Source of the DNA: Massalongia carnosa
Lineage: Eukaryota
Reading direction: 5' to 3'
NCBI GenBank assembly: GCA_965645245.1
Contig: OZ287088.1
Coordinates: forward strand, 434,001 to 498,000
DNA length: 64,000 nucleotides
A program made the translations under genes and the position numbers. The notes under the pieces are model-generated. The model was not told where the DNA came from. It did not search any database and worked only from the letters and a program-made list of their open reading frames with translations. Positions 1-10,614 of the stretch are shown here, in pieces; the stretch's first letter is position 1; each line of letters opens with the position of its first letter.

Positions 1-799
1 CAATGCAATGCAAAAAGAAGAGAAGCCGGATTGTCTGAAATGATCGTACAGGAAGATAAGGCTCCGTCTCATGCTTCCAAGCATCAGATTCCCATCTTCT
101 CTCGTCATGGCATCGAGCGTCTTTTATGGCCCGGAAACTCTCCTGATCTCAACATGATTGAACCCTGCTGGCCCTGGATGAAGCGACGTACAACTGCCAA
201 AGGTCCTCCTAGTTCTCGGTTAATTGCTGAATCTATGTGGCATCGCACTTGGGACGATCTACCTCAGGAGAATATTCAGGCATGTATTGAAAGAATTCCA
301 TGTCACATTGCAAAAGTCATTGAATTGGAAGGTGGAAATGAGTATTGCGAAGGACGTTTGGACGTTGATGGACGGACCAAAGAAGGAAAAATGCGACTTC
401 AACAGCTGAGGGAAGAATTGCTCAGTAATACAGCAAAACCAGCTTCTTCTTCTTCTTCTTCTTCTTCTGTGGCGTCAACGAGACCATCATCCAGACAATC
501 AAATGATGATACACCCAGCCCGTTGAATGTCAGGGCAGTTACCCCTGAGCCCCCTACACAGAAGCCATTGACACCCCCCTTATTGAGAAAAAGAGCCGTT
601 TTATCTCCGAAAAATCACCTTCCCCCACGCATTCAAAAGGTGGTTCGTACTGCAGCCAGTTTCAGACCAAAAAGACGTTGATTAGATGGTTGGTAATGGC
701 ATTTGTAGATAGTTGGTAGAATTTCAGGCTCGGTATGGAAAATCTAAATTACAGCGCTAGTCTTTAGCGTATTATCATTACTTTTGAGATTCGCCTCCG
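1..799 (+). mobile_element. Tc1/mariner transposon, 3' part (begins before the window); ORF 31..681 is the DDE C-terminal part plus a low-complexity tail
   Basis: QEDKAPSH...WPGNSPDLNMIE motifs. Ends ...CTTTTGAGATTCGCCTCCG followed by TA at 800-801 (TIR-like; partner TIR not in window). Confidence 0.8.
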
Positions 800-3301
800 T
801 ACACCGGGCACTTGATACATACTATGTATACACCCTCTTCCCAAAAAGGTAAAGGGCCGGCACATTTCGCACAACTTTACCTTTCTTGGTTAGCAGATGA
901 AAAATCAGATGGTGATTTGAAAACTATGCGGCAATGAAGTTTTCAGCATTGATCTGTTGCATCTCATCAAGATTGATAAGATGACATCTTCTAGCTACTC
1001 GGTCGCAATTGCCTCGTCAGTCCTACCCCTTCTTCCCCTGCCCGCCCTGCCCCCCCTGCCCGCCTCGCCGACCTTTTTCGCCTTGTCCGCCCTGTCCGCC
1101 CTGTCCGCCCTGCCCGCCCTGCCCGCCCTAGTTGCTGCTTGAGTCGCAGGCCTGGATGAGGCACGAGTGCCTGCCACCTCACCTTCATCTCATTGTCGCT
1201 CGCGCCCGCGCCCGCGCCCGCGTCCCGCTGATGTAGCCTCGGCTCTTGCCAGAACTCGTTCGATATTCGCTGGCAGTTCATTCCCATGTTGCTCTGCTAT
1301 TTCACCTTCAACGATTTCGAATTGAGATGGATTCCGATAGGTGGAGTTGTCCAATGCTTGTCTACGATTCTCCGCCCCTGCAGGACGTCCTCGAGGTTGG
1401 ACAACTGCTGGTTTTTCCACCTGAAGTAGCGGATCGAGAGCTGGATCATTGATTGGATCAGGTAAGGAAGATCTTTCAAACCTCCAATGAGGATGGACAT
1501 CTTCCAAAATCAGACATCCCTCAGGTCCGAATAAACGTTCCTGCACTTTGTGACTGTATGGTAATCCGGTAGTAGTTGTAAAGCTTCCAGTGCAACGATT
1601 GACTGCCGTTGCTTGGTCCGTCAACAGTCTGTATTGATCATCAATTCTTCTCAATGCGTATGGGGTTACGAACGCCGCGATGCGATTGAAAACTGGTTTT
1701 CGAAGATCCATAGGGTATCGCATCTTCGCTTCGTCAAAGGCTATCATGTAATTTTGTCGCTCGTTGATTAGAAGTAGGTTGATGCCATCTACAACTGTTT
1801 TTCAAATCTCCTACAGCTCAGTCAGTATTGAATGTTTCTTAGGGTTGTACTCATTACCTGTTGATACTCCGAGATGACGTTTAAGAGTTGCGTGCCCCCC
1901 CTCACCTCTAGAAGTAGTTGTGGTTCCGAAATGTAACACCTGATCGGTTTGAAATTTCACGAAGCGACGATGAAAGGACATGATGTACGTTTCTCGCAGA
2001 TAATCCAAACATTCTCCATGCGTTAGATAGTAGGTGTCATTCATTCTCTGCCACGCCGACTCGTAATCAACTCTGGAAGCGGCGTATACAACAGAAGTCC
2101 AGGCGGATATGAAGTCATCCCATTTTTCTTTGGTATTGAAGTCCTTCTTGCAATTTGCCGTCACATTCTTGTTAATATGCCAAAGACAGAGCAGATGATT
2201 CGTATTGGGAAAGATCAATCGCACGGCATTCATCAACCCACGCTCCATGTCGGTCACAACAACCACCGGATCTGGAAGTTGCAACTGCGCATACAACGAC
2301 TTCAATTGTCCCAATGTCCACTCATAATCCACCTGCTTCTCCTTTGCCATGAAGCAAAACGCGACATAGAAATTAGTATGTAGGGCCGTTTGCCCGCTGA
2401 TGATCAGCAACGGAAGTTTATATCTGTTGGTTTTGTAGGTGCAATCCATGACTAGAACTTCATGATTGACCTTCAGTAGAGTTTGGGATGTTCCTCTCAC
2501 GAAGATTAAGTGGGTGATCTGATTGCGAATGTCTTTCTGATAGTTGTACGTCCAGTCGTTTTGATCAAGTTCCTGCATCAATGCCTGAACCGGGGTTAAA
2601 GGACCTAGAGTATCTCGTCTCAGCTGTGCCTTGATGTTGTAGATATCTCGAGGCTTGAATAACGGATTGTTGTTATCGGTGTCAATACGAAGGGTGGAGA
2701 GAATCTTAGAAGGAGCTGTTTGCACGGTCAATTGTCTAGAGATGTCGTTCTTAATCTCTTCAGTCATAGACATTTTGCGTAACGTTGGATGCGATCCAGC
2801 AATTGTAGCCTTATGCTTATGGAATGGGTTGATTACTTCCAATAACCAGGTTCCATCCACTCTGTTTCGCACCGCCGTGACCTTGAACTGACAATCGATG
2901 ATTCGAGTACTGGTATGACGTCTATCTCTGCCTCGAGGTATTCGATTGCTACCTCCCCTGTCGCAGCGCAACCAGACTTTTCTCTTGATGCCAAGATCTG
3001 ATTTCTTTGATCTAGCTGTAACCACCGCGTATCCTTCGGAGCCGGCGTGAGTATTGACGCTGAGAATGAGTTCTTCCAAGGTGGAAAAAACCTGGTCATC
3101 GTGAGGAGGAGCCAGAGGCATGATTTGAGAATGATTGAGAAAGATGATGCATCAATTGAAAATTTCAAGATCTCATCTGATTTTTCATCTGCTAACCAAG
3201 AAAGGTAAAGTGGTGCGAAATGTGCCGGCCCTTTACCTTTTTGGGAAGAGGGTGTATATGTATCAAGTGTCCGGTGTACATGCATCCTACGCGGTGTCCC
3301 C
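800..3301 (-). mobile_element. Mutator-like (MULE) DNA transposon with ~110-bp TIRs
   Basis: 800-911 is the near-perfect reverse complement of 3174-3279. The right end probably extends to GTCCCC at 3301. Encodes a MULE transposase. Confidence 0.9.
995..3121 (-). pseudogene. MULE transposase (FAR1-like N-terminus, DDE core, RG-rich tail) with a 47-nt intron at 1811..1857, one frameshift and one premature stop
   Basis: MDCTYKTNRY, VVVTDMERGLMNA and HLLCLWHI motifs. Intron GTAATG...CTGAC...TAG. One extra A at ~1800 breaks GDLKTVVDGINLLL. TGA at 1190-1192 is in frame with ORF 995..1177. Confidence 0.85.
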
Positions 3302-3326
3302 GTATCCGAACCCTACTTTTATTATC

Positions 3327-3497
3327 TGTGACGAAGCGAGATAGTGAATAGATTTCTACCATTACGCCCCCTGTCCTTCCCGACCAAAAGGCAAAATACT
3401 TAGTCCGCAGACCAAGCTCTATTCTATTATAACTGGGACTACTGTTATGTTCGCTGTAGGTCCTGCCGTCCGCACCACGCATGGTCGAACCGTTACA
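3327..3497 (-). mobile_element. Solo LTR, family S1 (171 bp)
   Basis: TGT...ACA ends, TSD TTATC (3322-3326 / 3498-3502), further copies in window. Orientation assigned arbitrarily. Confidence 0.9.
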
Positions 3498-4319
3498 TTA
3501 TCGACAAGTAAACGAATTTTGATTTCAATTATACTAATTTTAAATATTAAAGTCTTGTTCTCGATTTTTTTTTTCAGTATCCCGAAAAACAAAAGTAAAG
3601 ATTTTAACATTTTTTGACTCAGCTTTATCGTTTCCATTAACAACAGTTTATTTGAAAATTCTTGATCGCGATTTTGATCAAGAATTAAGCATTTTTCGAT
3701 TCCGATTAAGAATCGAAACCGATTTTTTTTTTTTTATTACGTTAAGTTTTCTCTTTTTGTTTTGAGAACACATTGAATCGCTTTTTCGATGTTTCGATTT
3801 TCTGCAAGTTCAAAAATTATTCTGAACGAATAAGATTTCTCGATCGTCGTTCTTCAGTTTATTTAAAACTCGAGTTTGAATCGTATCAAGAATCTATTCA
3901 ATTTATTGGTTTTATAATCGTCGAGACGGGTTTGATGCTCGAACGATTCTCAATTTTTTGATTTGATGAGAGGAGAAATATAAAGACTTTTCCTTAATTG
4001 ATTATTTTCTCAAGAAGTTGTTCTCTTTGCCGACGTTCTTCGACGAAAATTGTTTTTCGAATCGAGAGAAGTGTTAAACGATATTTTTTCGAAGATTCTC
4101 GATTCTTCGAAGCTCGTTTAATAGAGAATAGAATTCCGTGAAGACCGAACTCATCAACGAGCTAAAGATGCTCGATTTCAATATCACGAGAAATTTCTCA
4201 ATTTTTTCGTCGACAAAAGTCTTCGCCTTTTTTCAGAACTTGAAAATGCGATGATAATACGCGCTCACGTTTTCGCCTTCTTTTATAATAATCGCGAAGG
4301 GAATAAACTAGATATTAAT

Positions 4320-7110
4320 CGTTCAGAACTGGCTAGTCCTACATTATTTAGATGACTTCCTCGTGATTGTCAAGACGAGCGAGAGGCATCACGTTGCGGG
4401 TCCGCGTTCGACACGTTATGCGACGAGTTAAGCATGCGTACAAACGCATAAAAGGGAGAGACTGGGTAAATCTGCGATTTTCCTAGGTTAACACTAGACA
4501 CTAAACGCATGGAAGCCCGCCTACCTCCCGACAAATTAAAAAAGGCCATCGAATGGGTCAACAGCGCATTGACGTAAGACTATATGTCCAAAGACGAACT
4601 ACGTTCCCTTCTGGGGTTTCTATCATTTACGGCCAAAGTAGTCAAACCAGGCAGAGCCTTTTTACGCCGCCTATTTACCGCCCTCGGCGAAGACACGGGT
4701 CGGATCCGCATAGCCGGCGACATGCGACTAGATCTATTATGGTGGCGATACTTCTTGCCCCGATGGAACGGCGTTCAAATCTTACGATCGCTGAACACTA
4801 GAGAGGAAATTCGTCTATGGACAGACGCTTCGGGAACATGGGGAATGGGCGGGTACTATTCGGTGCACCGAACCCCACACTCCACCGAAGCGGGCACGCT
4901 TTCTCGTTATTCAAATACACAAACACTAGAGACAACCGAAACACAGCGTGCGTTTGCCGAGGTATCTCTCCCAAGACGAGGTGTTCTCACGAGACCATCG
5001 CATTGGATGCCTTCAAAGAAGAAGAACTCAATCTCTTTCGAGACGTCTTCAGACAACGAGTTGAGGATACAAGATGTCCGGGTCTCGCAGTCTCAGGGGA
5101 TAGTCGGGGTGATAGACGACGAGAATTTCAACGAATTCCTAGTCACACCTGCTGAGAAGTCAGCCATACGGACCTCGTCCGGGGACATCGCAATGCGCAC
5201 CTTTAAGTCCGGGACAACCGAGATAACCGAAGAAGGAAATTACAGCGAATTTCTGAAGGTGTCTGCCGAGGTTTCTTCGATGCGGATGGCCGGGATGACA
5301 GACGAAGAAAGTTCCAAAGAATTTCTCGCTGCATCTGCTCGAGGTATCAAAGGTTCATCGGACCTCGTCCAGGAACATGCCGCGTCACGCATGACGCATA
5401 GCAAAATAGTCGGAACGATCGACGAAGGACATTCAAAGGAATCTCTAGTCTCGTCCGCCGAAGTATTCTCGATAAGGACCTCGTTCAGAGACATGAAGAA
5501 ACATATCAATGTCAAAGAAATGATGGCTGTATTACACGCACTGCGCAAATGGTTACCTATTTTTAAAAGATCCAAACTCGTTATATATGGCGACAATCAA
5601 GCTCGTAAATGGACTACGCAACGGCTCCATACGCGGCCCGGCCATGAAACCCCTACGGGATATTGCCATGCTACTAGCATTACATGACATCGTCATTGAA
5701 TCACATTGGATCTCATCAAGACAGAATACTCTGGCAGATATGCTTTCCCGTGGTCAATGGAACAAAATTGCTGACAACTATCCTTTACTACAGGACTTGA
5801 TATTAGCCCATGGTGCACAATCGGTGAACCACCGGAACACTGGTTCCAAAACCAAGAACTGTCAATCTCAGCAGCGAGATATCTATGGTGGGGCCTAGCT
5901 GTAGGGACTAGAACATCGTACGAGCAGGCACGACGAAGCTACACCGAATACTGCGTGATATGGAATCACGTCCCCTTTCCTCCGTCCATTCGCTCATTAT
6001 GCGACTGGGCAGCTCTTTTAGGCGACAAGGGAATTAACCCAAAACCCATAAAACAATACTTAAGCGGCATCAGATCTTATCAAGTCGACCGAGGCGCGTC
6101 GAAGGCCGAATTAGACATTTTCCATCATCCCCAACTAGAGAGAATCGTGGCAGGCATACGCCGGCTCCGTCCCGCCGCCCAGCCGCGAGAACGTCGTCCT
6201 ATATCCCGATCCATCCTAAAAGAGATCGTTAGTACTTTTGATCAAAATTCCTTAAGGGGAGCCACACTGCACGCGGCCTTCTGTTTAGCCTTCGCGGCCT
6301 TCTTACGTATCGGAAAATTCACATGGGAAGAAAACATGTGGGGAGACGACTTTGTTTGCCCAATGGCACATAACCAGAGGTTCACTATTACTGAGCGAGG
6401 ACAGATTACAGCTGACCCTTCCCGCCTCCAAGACGGATCCCTTCCGGCAAGGGGTCACAGTTACAGTAGCGGCCGTCAACGACGAAGCCTGCCCAGTCCG
6501 ATCATTAAGAAATCTGATTGAACGTTTTCCAATAGATCTCCCCCAACCTCTGTTCTATCCAAAAAAGGCTTTCACATGAAACTTTGTCACTAAAGCATTA
6601 CGAGACGTTCTAAAAGACAAGGGATATCAGGGAAATTATTCAGGTCACTCCTTTCGGAGAGGGGCCGCCACCTCCGCGAAAAACGCCGGCCTAAACGAGG
6701 ACGAAATCAAGCTGCTAGGACGCTAGAAACCAGACGCTTACCGATTATACATACACACAAACCCCTCAATCATATGGAATGCCTCGAGACGACATCAAAG
6801 AGGCTGAATACCACATGTCCCGCTCCTCACCCGAACCCTCACCACATGCACACCGCACCCGCACCATCGCGAGACTTCGCACGCTCTAAACCATTTCTCT
6901 GCGAGAAACACGGTTTTGGGGTTTTGGGAGTGTGTCTTGACCCCAGGGTTTGCATCTACAGCGTTCATGGACCCCGTAGCCTACCCGTTGCGGCTCCGTA
7001 CCCGGCGCGGACGGCGCACGAACGGTGTCATGCCACACCCTAGGGTCAGGACTTTGCCCAAACACTAGAATAGCAATAAACACAAGGTGGCTACGTTTCA
7101 CTAGCGTGGA
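4320..7110 (+). mobile_element. DIRS/Ngaro-type tyrosine-recombinase retrotransposon, degenerate; its 5' part has probably decayed into the AT-rich tract 3500-4320
   Basis: RT VLHYLDDFLV (~4335), RNase H LWTDAS...HINVKE...N.LADMLSR, then a tyrosine recombinase. Boundaries are approximate. Confidence 0.85.
5890..6790 (+). pseudogene. Tyrosine recombinase of the DIRS/Ngaro element
   Basis: AFAAFLRIG, ASKTD, GHSFRRGAAT and LLGR*KPDAYRLY. Frameshift at ~6350 and in-frame stops. Confidence 0.85.
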
Positions 7111-7819
7111 AAATACAACACTCATGCTGATGCGTGTGACCGAGTTAAATATTAATAATCCGCCTACGGAAACTGTAGATGAAAGTTCAGTAAACCTGTC
7201 AGGTGCTCAATTCACATCATGACATCATTGGACTGGTAAACACTAAGAAATGCCCTCTCATTCCGAAAGTGAGTAGCACGAATAGTCAGTTGGTTACATC
7301 TTATGTGGGGAGCTAATCAAAGGCACTGGGACGGGGGAGGACTCGATTATTGATAGATGGGGAAAGACAGTTGAGGGGTTTGATAATCCTGTTGACTGGA
7401 ATTTTGAAAATTACGTTGACTCGTTCCTCTTTTCCTCAATCCGCTTTTCGTCTTTTTGCATGACAGAAGAATTTGAACGAGAAATTGCTGATGAAAAATG
7501 TATAATAATCTCAAAGTCAAAATAGAAGTCAAGGAAATGGAGAGAATATAAGTGTCGATAGTAGCGGTAAATTCAACACATCGTATTCACATACGACCAC
7601 AGATTGAGGCAAACATGGTATCCCCGTCCGCTCTGCCGTACTGAAGACTCAGATCGATCGATTTTATCTTCGCTCAAGTTACTATCTCTCGACTCCGATT
7701 TTCCAACATGGTAAAATCACTAGAATACTTTGTTAGCTGCGCGATCGACAGTAGATCCACAGGCAAACATACAAGTTGCGCACAGATTAGTAGCATCAAA
7801 TAGTTCCACCTCAATATCC

Positions 7820-8167
7820 TCATCCGCAATAGTCGTTTTTACCGGCTCCAGCATCTATGCATAGATTCTTGCCGCCGCAGTACTTCAGATATTTGATGTT
7901 TCCCTCAGGGCCCCCACTGCAATGGAAGAGAAAGTCTCTGCCTTTGTCGATGAGGCGTTGGCCGTTGTCCTCCAGAGACTGCGCGATTTGTGGTTCGTAT
8001 TTGCCTGTTTATGATTAGTTGGGCAAGACGGGAGGCTGGAGCGAACAGAGTGCCAGACCTTTATTCAGGAGGTTATAGCCGCAGTAATCTAGACCCAGGT
8101 GACAGTTCTTGGCAGCAACGCTGGTTGCAAGCGCAACGAGTGCTAGGGTTGCGTAGGTCAATTGCAT
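7820..8167 (-). CDS. Small secreted cysteine-rich protein, 97 aa; exons 8167..8059 and 8004..7820
   Basis: CACC-ATG start and a 54-nt GT..CTAAT..CAG intron. Splices to MQLTYATLALVALATSVAAKNCHLGLDYCGYNLLNKGKYEPQIAQSLEDNGQRLIDKGRDFLFHCSGGPEGNIKYLKYCGGKNLCIDAGAGKNDYCG*, with a signal-peptide-like N-terminus and 6 Cys. Confidence 0.88.
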
Positions 8168-9600
8168 GGTGAACTGATAGGTCTTGGGGTATTTCTTTGA
8201 ATGAGAATGCCTTGTGTTGTTGGGGAGATGTTAACTCAGGGTGGTTTTGAAGTTGCTGGTGTGAAGTTCCGAGTTGTGGAAGATGTGTCTTGTAGTGAAC
8301 GAGAATATGGGAGAAGGGCTGGGTTGATATAGCCATGGAAGGAGCAGGCATGATCGTGAACGTTGTTTACATCTTCTTCCTATCGCTCATTGCATCGCAG
8401 AGTTTGCTTGCTTCGAGAAGGTCGGCTCCCGAGCATGCACAAGACCATGTACGAATAATTTTCCAAGACACTCGCTTCTGACTCGCGTGCCTTACTGAAT
8501 ACTATAGCCGTACTTTGCGATTCCCAGCGATTTCATACCTACTCAGACGCAGTGCGCTCATCCAACTGGGCTCGCACTTTATCCCTCCTCCCAATAGCAC
8601 GACCCACGTCCCGAGTGGAGTCCCATGGCAACTCTGAGGTCTCCAATTCTTTCAACACATGAGCACGTCGACTGGTGGCAGCTCGTCCTGGCAATTGGCG
8701 CTATCAGCAAAACAAAACAGACGTTATCGATAGCAAGCTCTGTTGTCGATTGACAGCATGTTCGACTAAATCCTTAGGTCAAATGTGCGTCCGATGCTAT
8801 GCAAGCGACGGAAAAGGTGCTTAGGTAAGAGAGGATCACATTTGCTGTCAAGTTGTGACAGTTACTTTACTTACCCTTCCTAGACGCGCTTGATGGTGGG
8901 AGGCGGGTGCGGAGAGGATTCTTGCTGAATGCGGGAAAATGAGTAGGTCTGAGGCTACTCTGGAAGTTACCACGACGCCAAACGACGAGTGACAGCTTGG
9001 AAGGAAGATTGCTTCGTCAAAGCGAATAGACGCAGATTTTACTTTTTCCGTGGTTGATTCTTGATGATCTTAGAAGTGGGAAGTTGAATTCTTTCCCCGG
9101 GTGTACGGCAGTACGATCATGTCCGTTGAACCCGAGTCCATTCATTGGAAACTTTATCTTTGATTATCACACGCTCGATGTTGAGAAATCATCATATGCA
9201 CGAAAGCAGATGTACCAGTGATGCTTGGGGCTGTGATAATTCTTACCTCGTTTATTTGATCGCTCGATTCAGACTTCAGCAAGACTTTGCCAGCTGATGC
9301 ACTGATTTGAGCAAAGGATAGCGCCAAGGACAGCGCGCTAATTAGAGTTTGACTGTTTGCGTGATTTAATTTGAATCGATGCTTTTAAACTGTAGCGAGA
9401 ATCTTGATTCATGATTAGAATTATGCTACGCAAGGATTGCGTTACTCGTATACACCGCCATTTGCAACACGCTAGTTAGTAAGCACCCCGCATTAAAATC
9501 CTTTACCACCGGTACATCAAGTTTTTTACATTTCTCCCTCTTCTATCTGCATTATCAACTCAGTTAATTTATTAAAAACTCAGCAGACGAACTATTCAAG

Positions 9601-9658
9601 TACGCCGCGCAACGGGTCGGGTTTTGACTAGTCCAACCAGACCCGCTACCGGGTTGGG
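9601..9658. mobile_element. Terminus of a hAT-like element related to the 152-bp MITE
   Basis: TACGCCGCGCAACGGGTCGGGTTT matches the MITE TIR at 53733 / 53884. Confidence 0.65.
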
Positions 9659-9726
9659 TGTAACGGTTCGACCATACGTGGTGCAGACGGCAGGACCTAC
9701 AGCGAACATAGCAGGAGTCCCAGTTA
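9659..9726 (+). mobile_element. Truncated S1 LTR (opposite orientation), interrupted by pogo-1
   Basis: Reverse complement of the last ~68 bp of 3327-3497; stops at a TA. Confidence 0.8.
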
Positions 9727-10614
9727 ACGTAATTTACCCTCATTCGGGTCAGCCCCCCATTCGGGTCAGCCACCCAATCGGGTCAGCCCACCAAAAAAAA
9801 AAACCTTCGCCCTACACCAAAGAAAAATATTACATTGCTTCCACCATCCCCAAAGCTAACTAAAAACATCACTATCCATCTGCATTTCCTTCCATACGGC
9901 CTTTGCGAACTTTACTTTACCATTTAAAGCATGGTACCGTTCCTTTTGTTTGGCCAATGCTTCTTCCTTCCTCTGTTTTTCCTCCGCAATCGCCTGCCTG
10001 TCAGGGCATAGAAGGAATAAGGGCTAAGCTAACTAAGCGGGGCTTAGTTCTACGGCTAGGCTTAGTCATATGGAAAGCAGTTGGTCTGCGTTACGCGGTT
10101 GGTATCTACTGCCGAGAGTATAGTACGAGCGATCGAGATATACGAGGATGCTCGTACGATTAGTGAGCGGATGGTACGATACAGTCAGCACAGTGTCCAC
10201 GATACAGTCAGCACAGTGTCTACGATACAGTCAGCACAGTGTCCACGATGCAGTCAGCAGAGTGTTTAGCCGGCTTATCCGGTAGGAGTAATGGGCGGTC
10301 AAGATAGTTACAGTATCAAGGGCCCAGAGGGTCAAGGGCTTCGGTCCGGGTATATAAGGAGGCTGCTCGAGGGAGATGCAATCTTCAACGATTAGTCTTC
10401 CGCTTTACCTACATACTTCTTTTAGTATATTAGTATAGCAAATCATTAGTGTCTTCACATTGTCACATATCCCTAGGCCTGGTGTCTGATAATCGCCAGG
10501 TCTGACTCTTACACTGCCCTTCACCCACAGTCAGCACCCTCGCTTTAACACCCCCCTTTCTGGATGCTTTTTGACGTCCCTGAGCCTTTTTAGCAATCAG
10601 TTCTTGATTGGTGT
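9727..10614 (-). mobile_element. pogo/Fot1-like transposon 3' fragment (pogo-1), containing a solo LTR
   Basis: TA|ACGTAATTT TIR with three TCGGGTCAGCC repeats. Peptide TNQELIAKK...KARVLTVGEGQ resembles the pogo-3 C-terminus (TNNELL...KARVLSLED). Confidence 0.75.
9999..10513. mobile_element. Solo LTR, family S2 (515 bp), with ~4 internal 23-bp repeats (10176-10266)
   Basis: TGTCA...TTACA ends, TSD CTGCC, repeat unit ACGATACAGTCAGCACAGTGTCC. Confidence 0.88.

Noticed and set aside
4860..5465. Intein in the RNase H
   Set aside because: No terminal His-Asn and no homing-endonuclease motifs; the insert is repetitive.
8073..8351. 92-aa ORF from the track as the real gene
   Set aside because: It overlaps the spliced secreted-protein gene in another frame and has no recognisable features.
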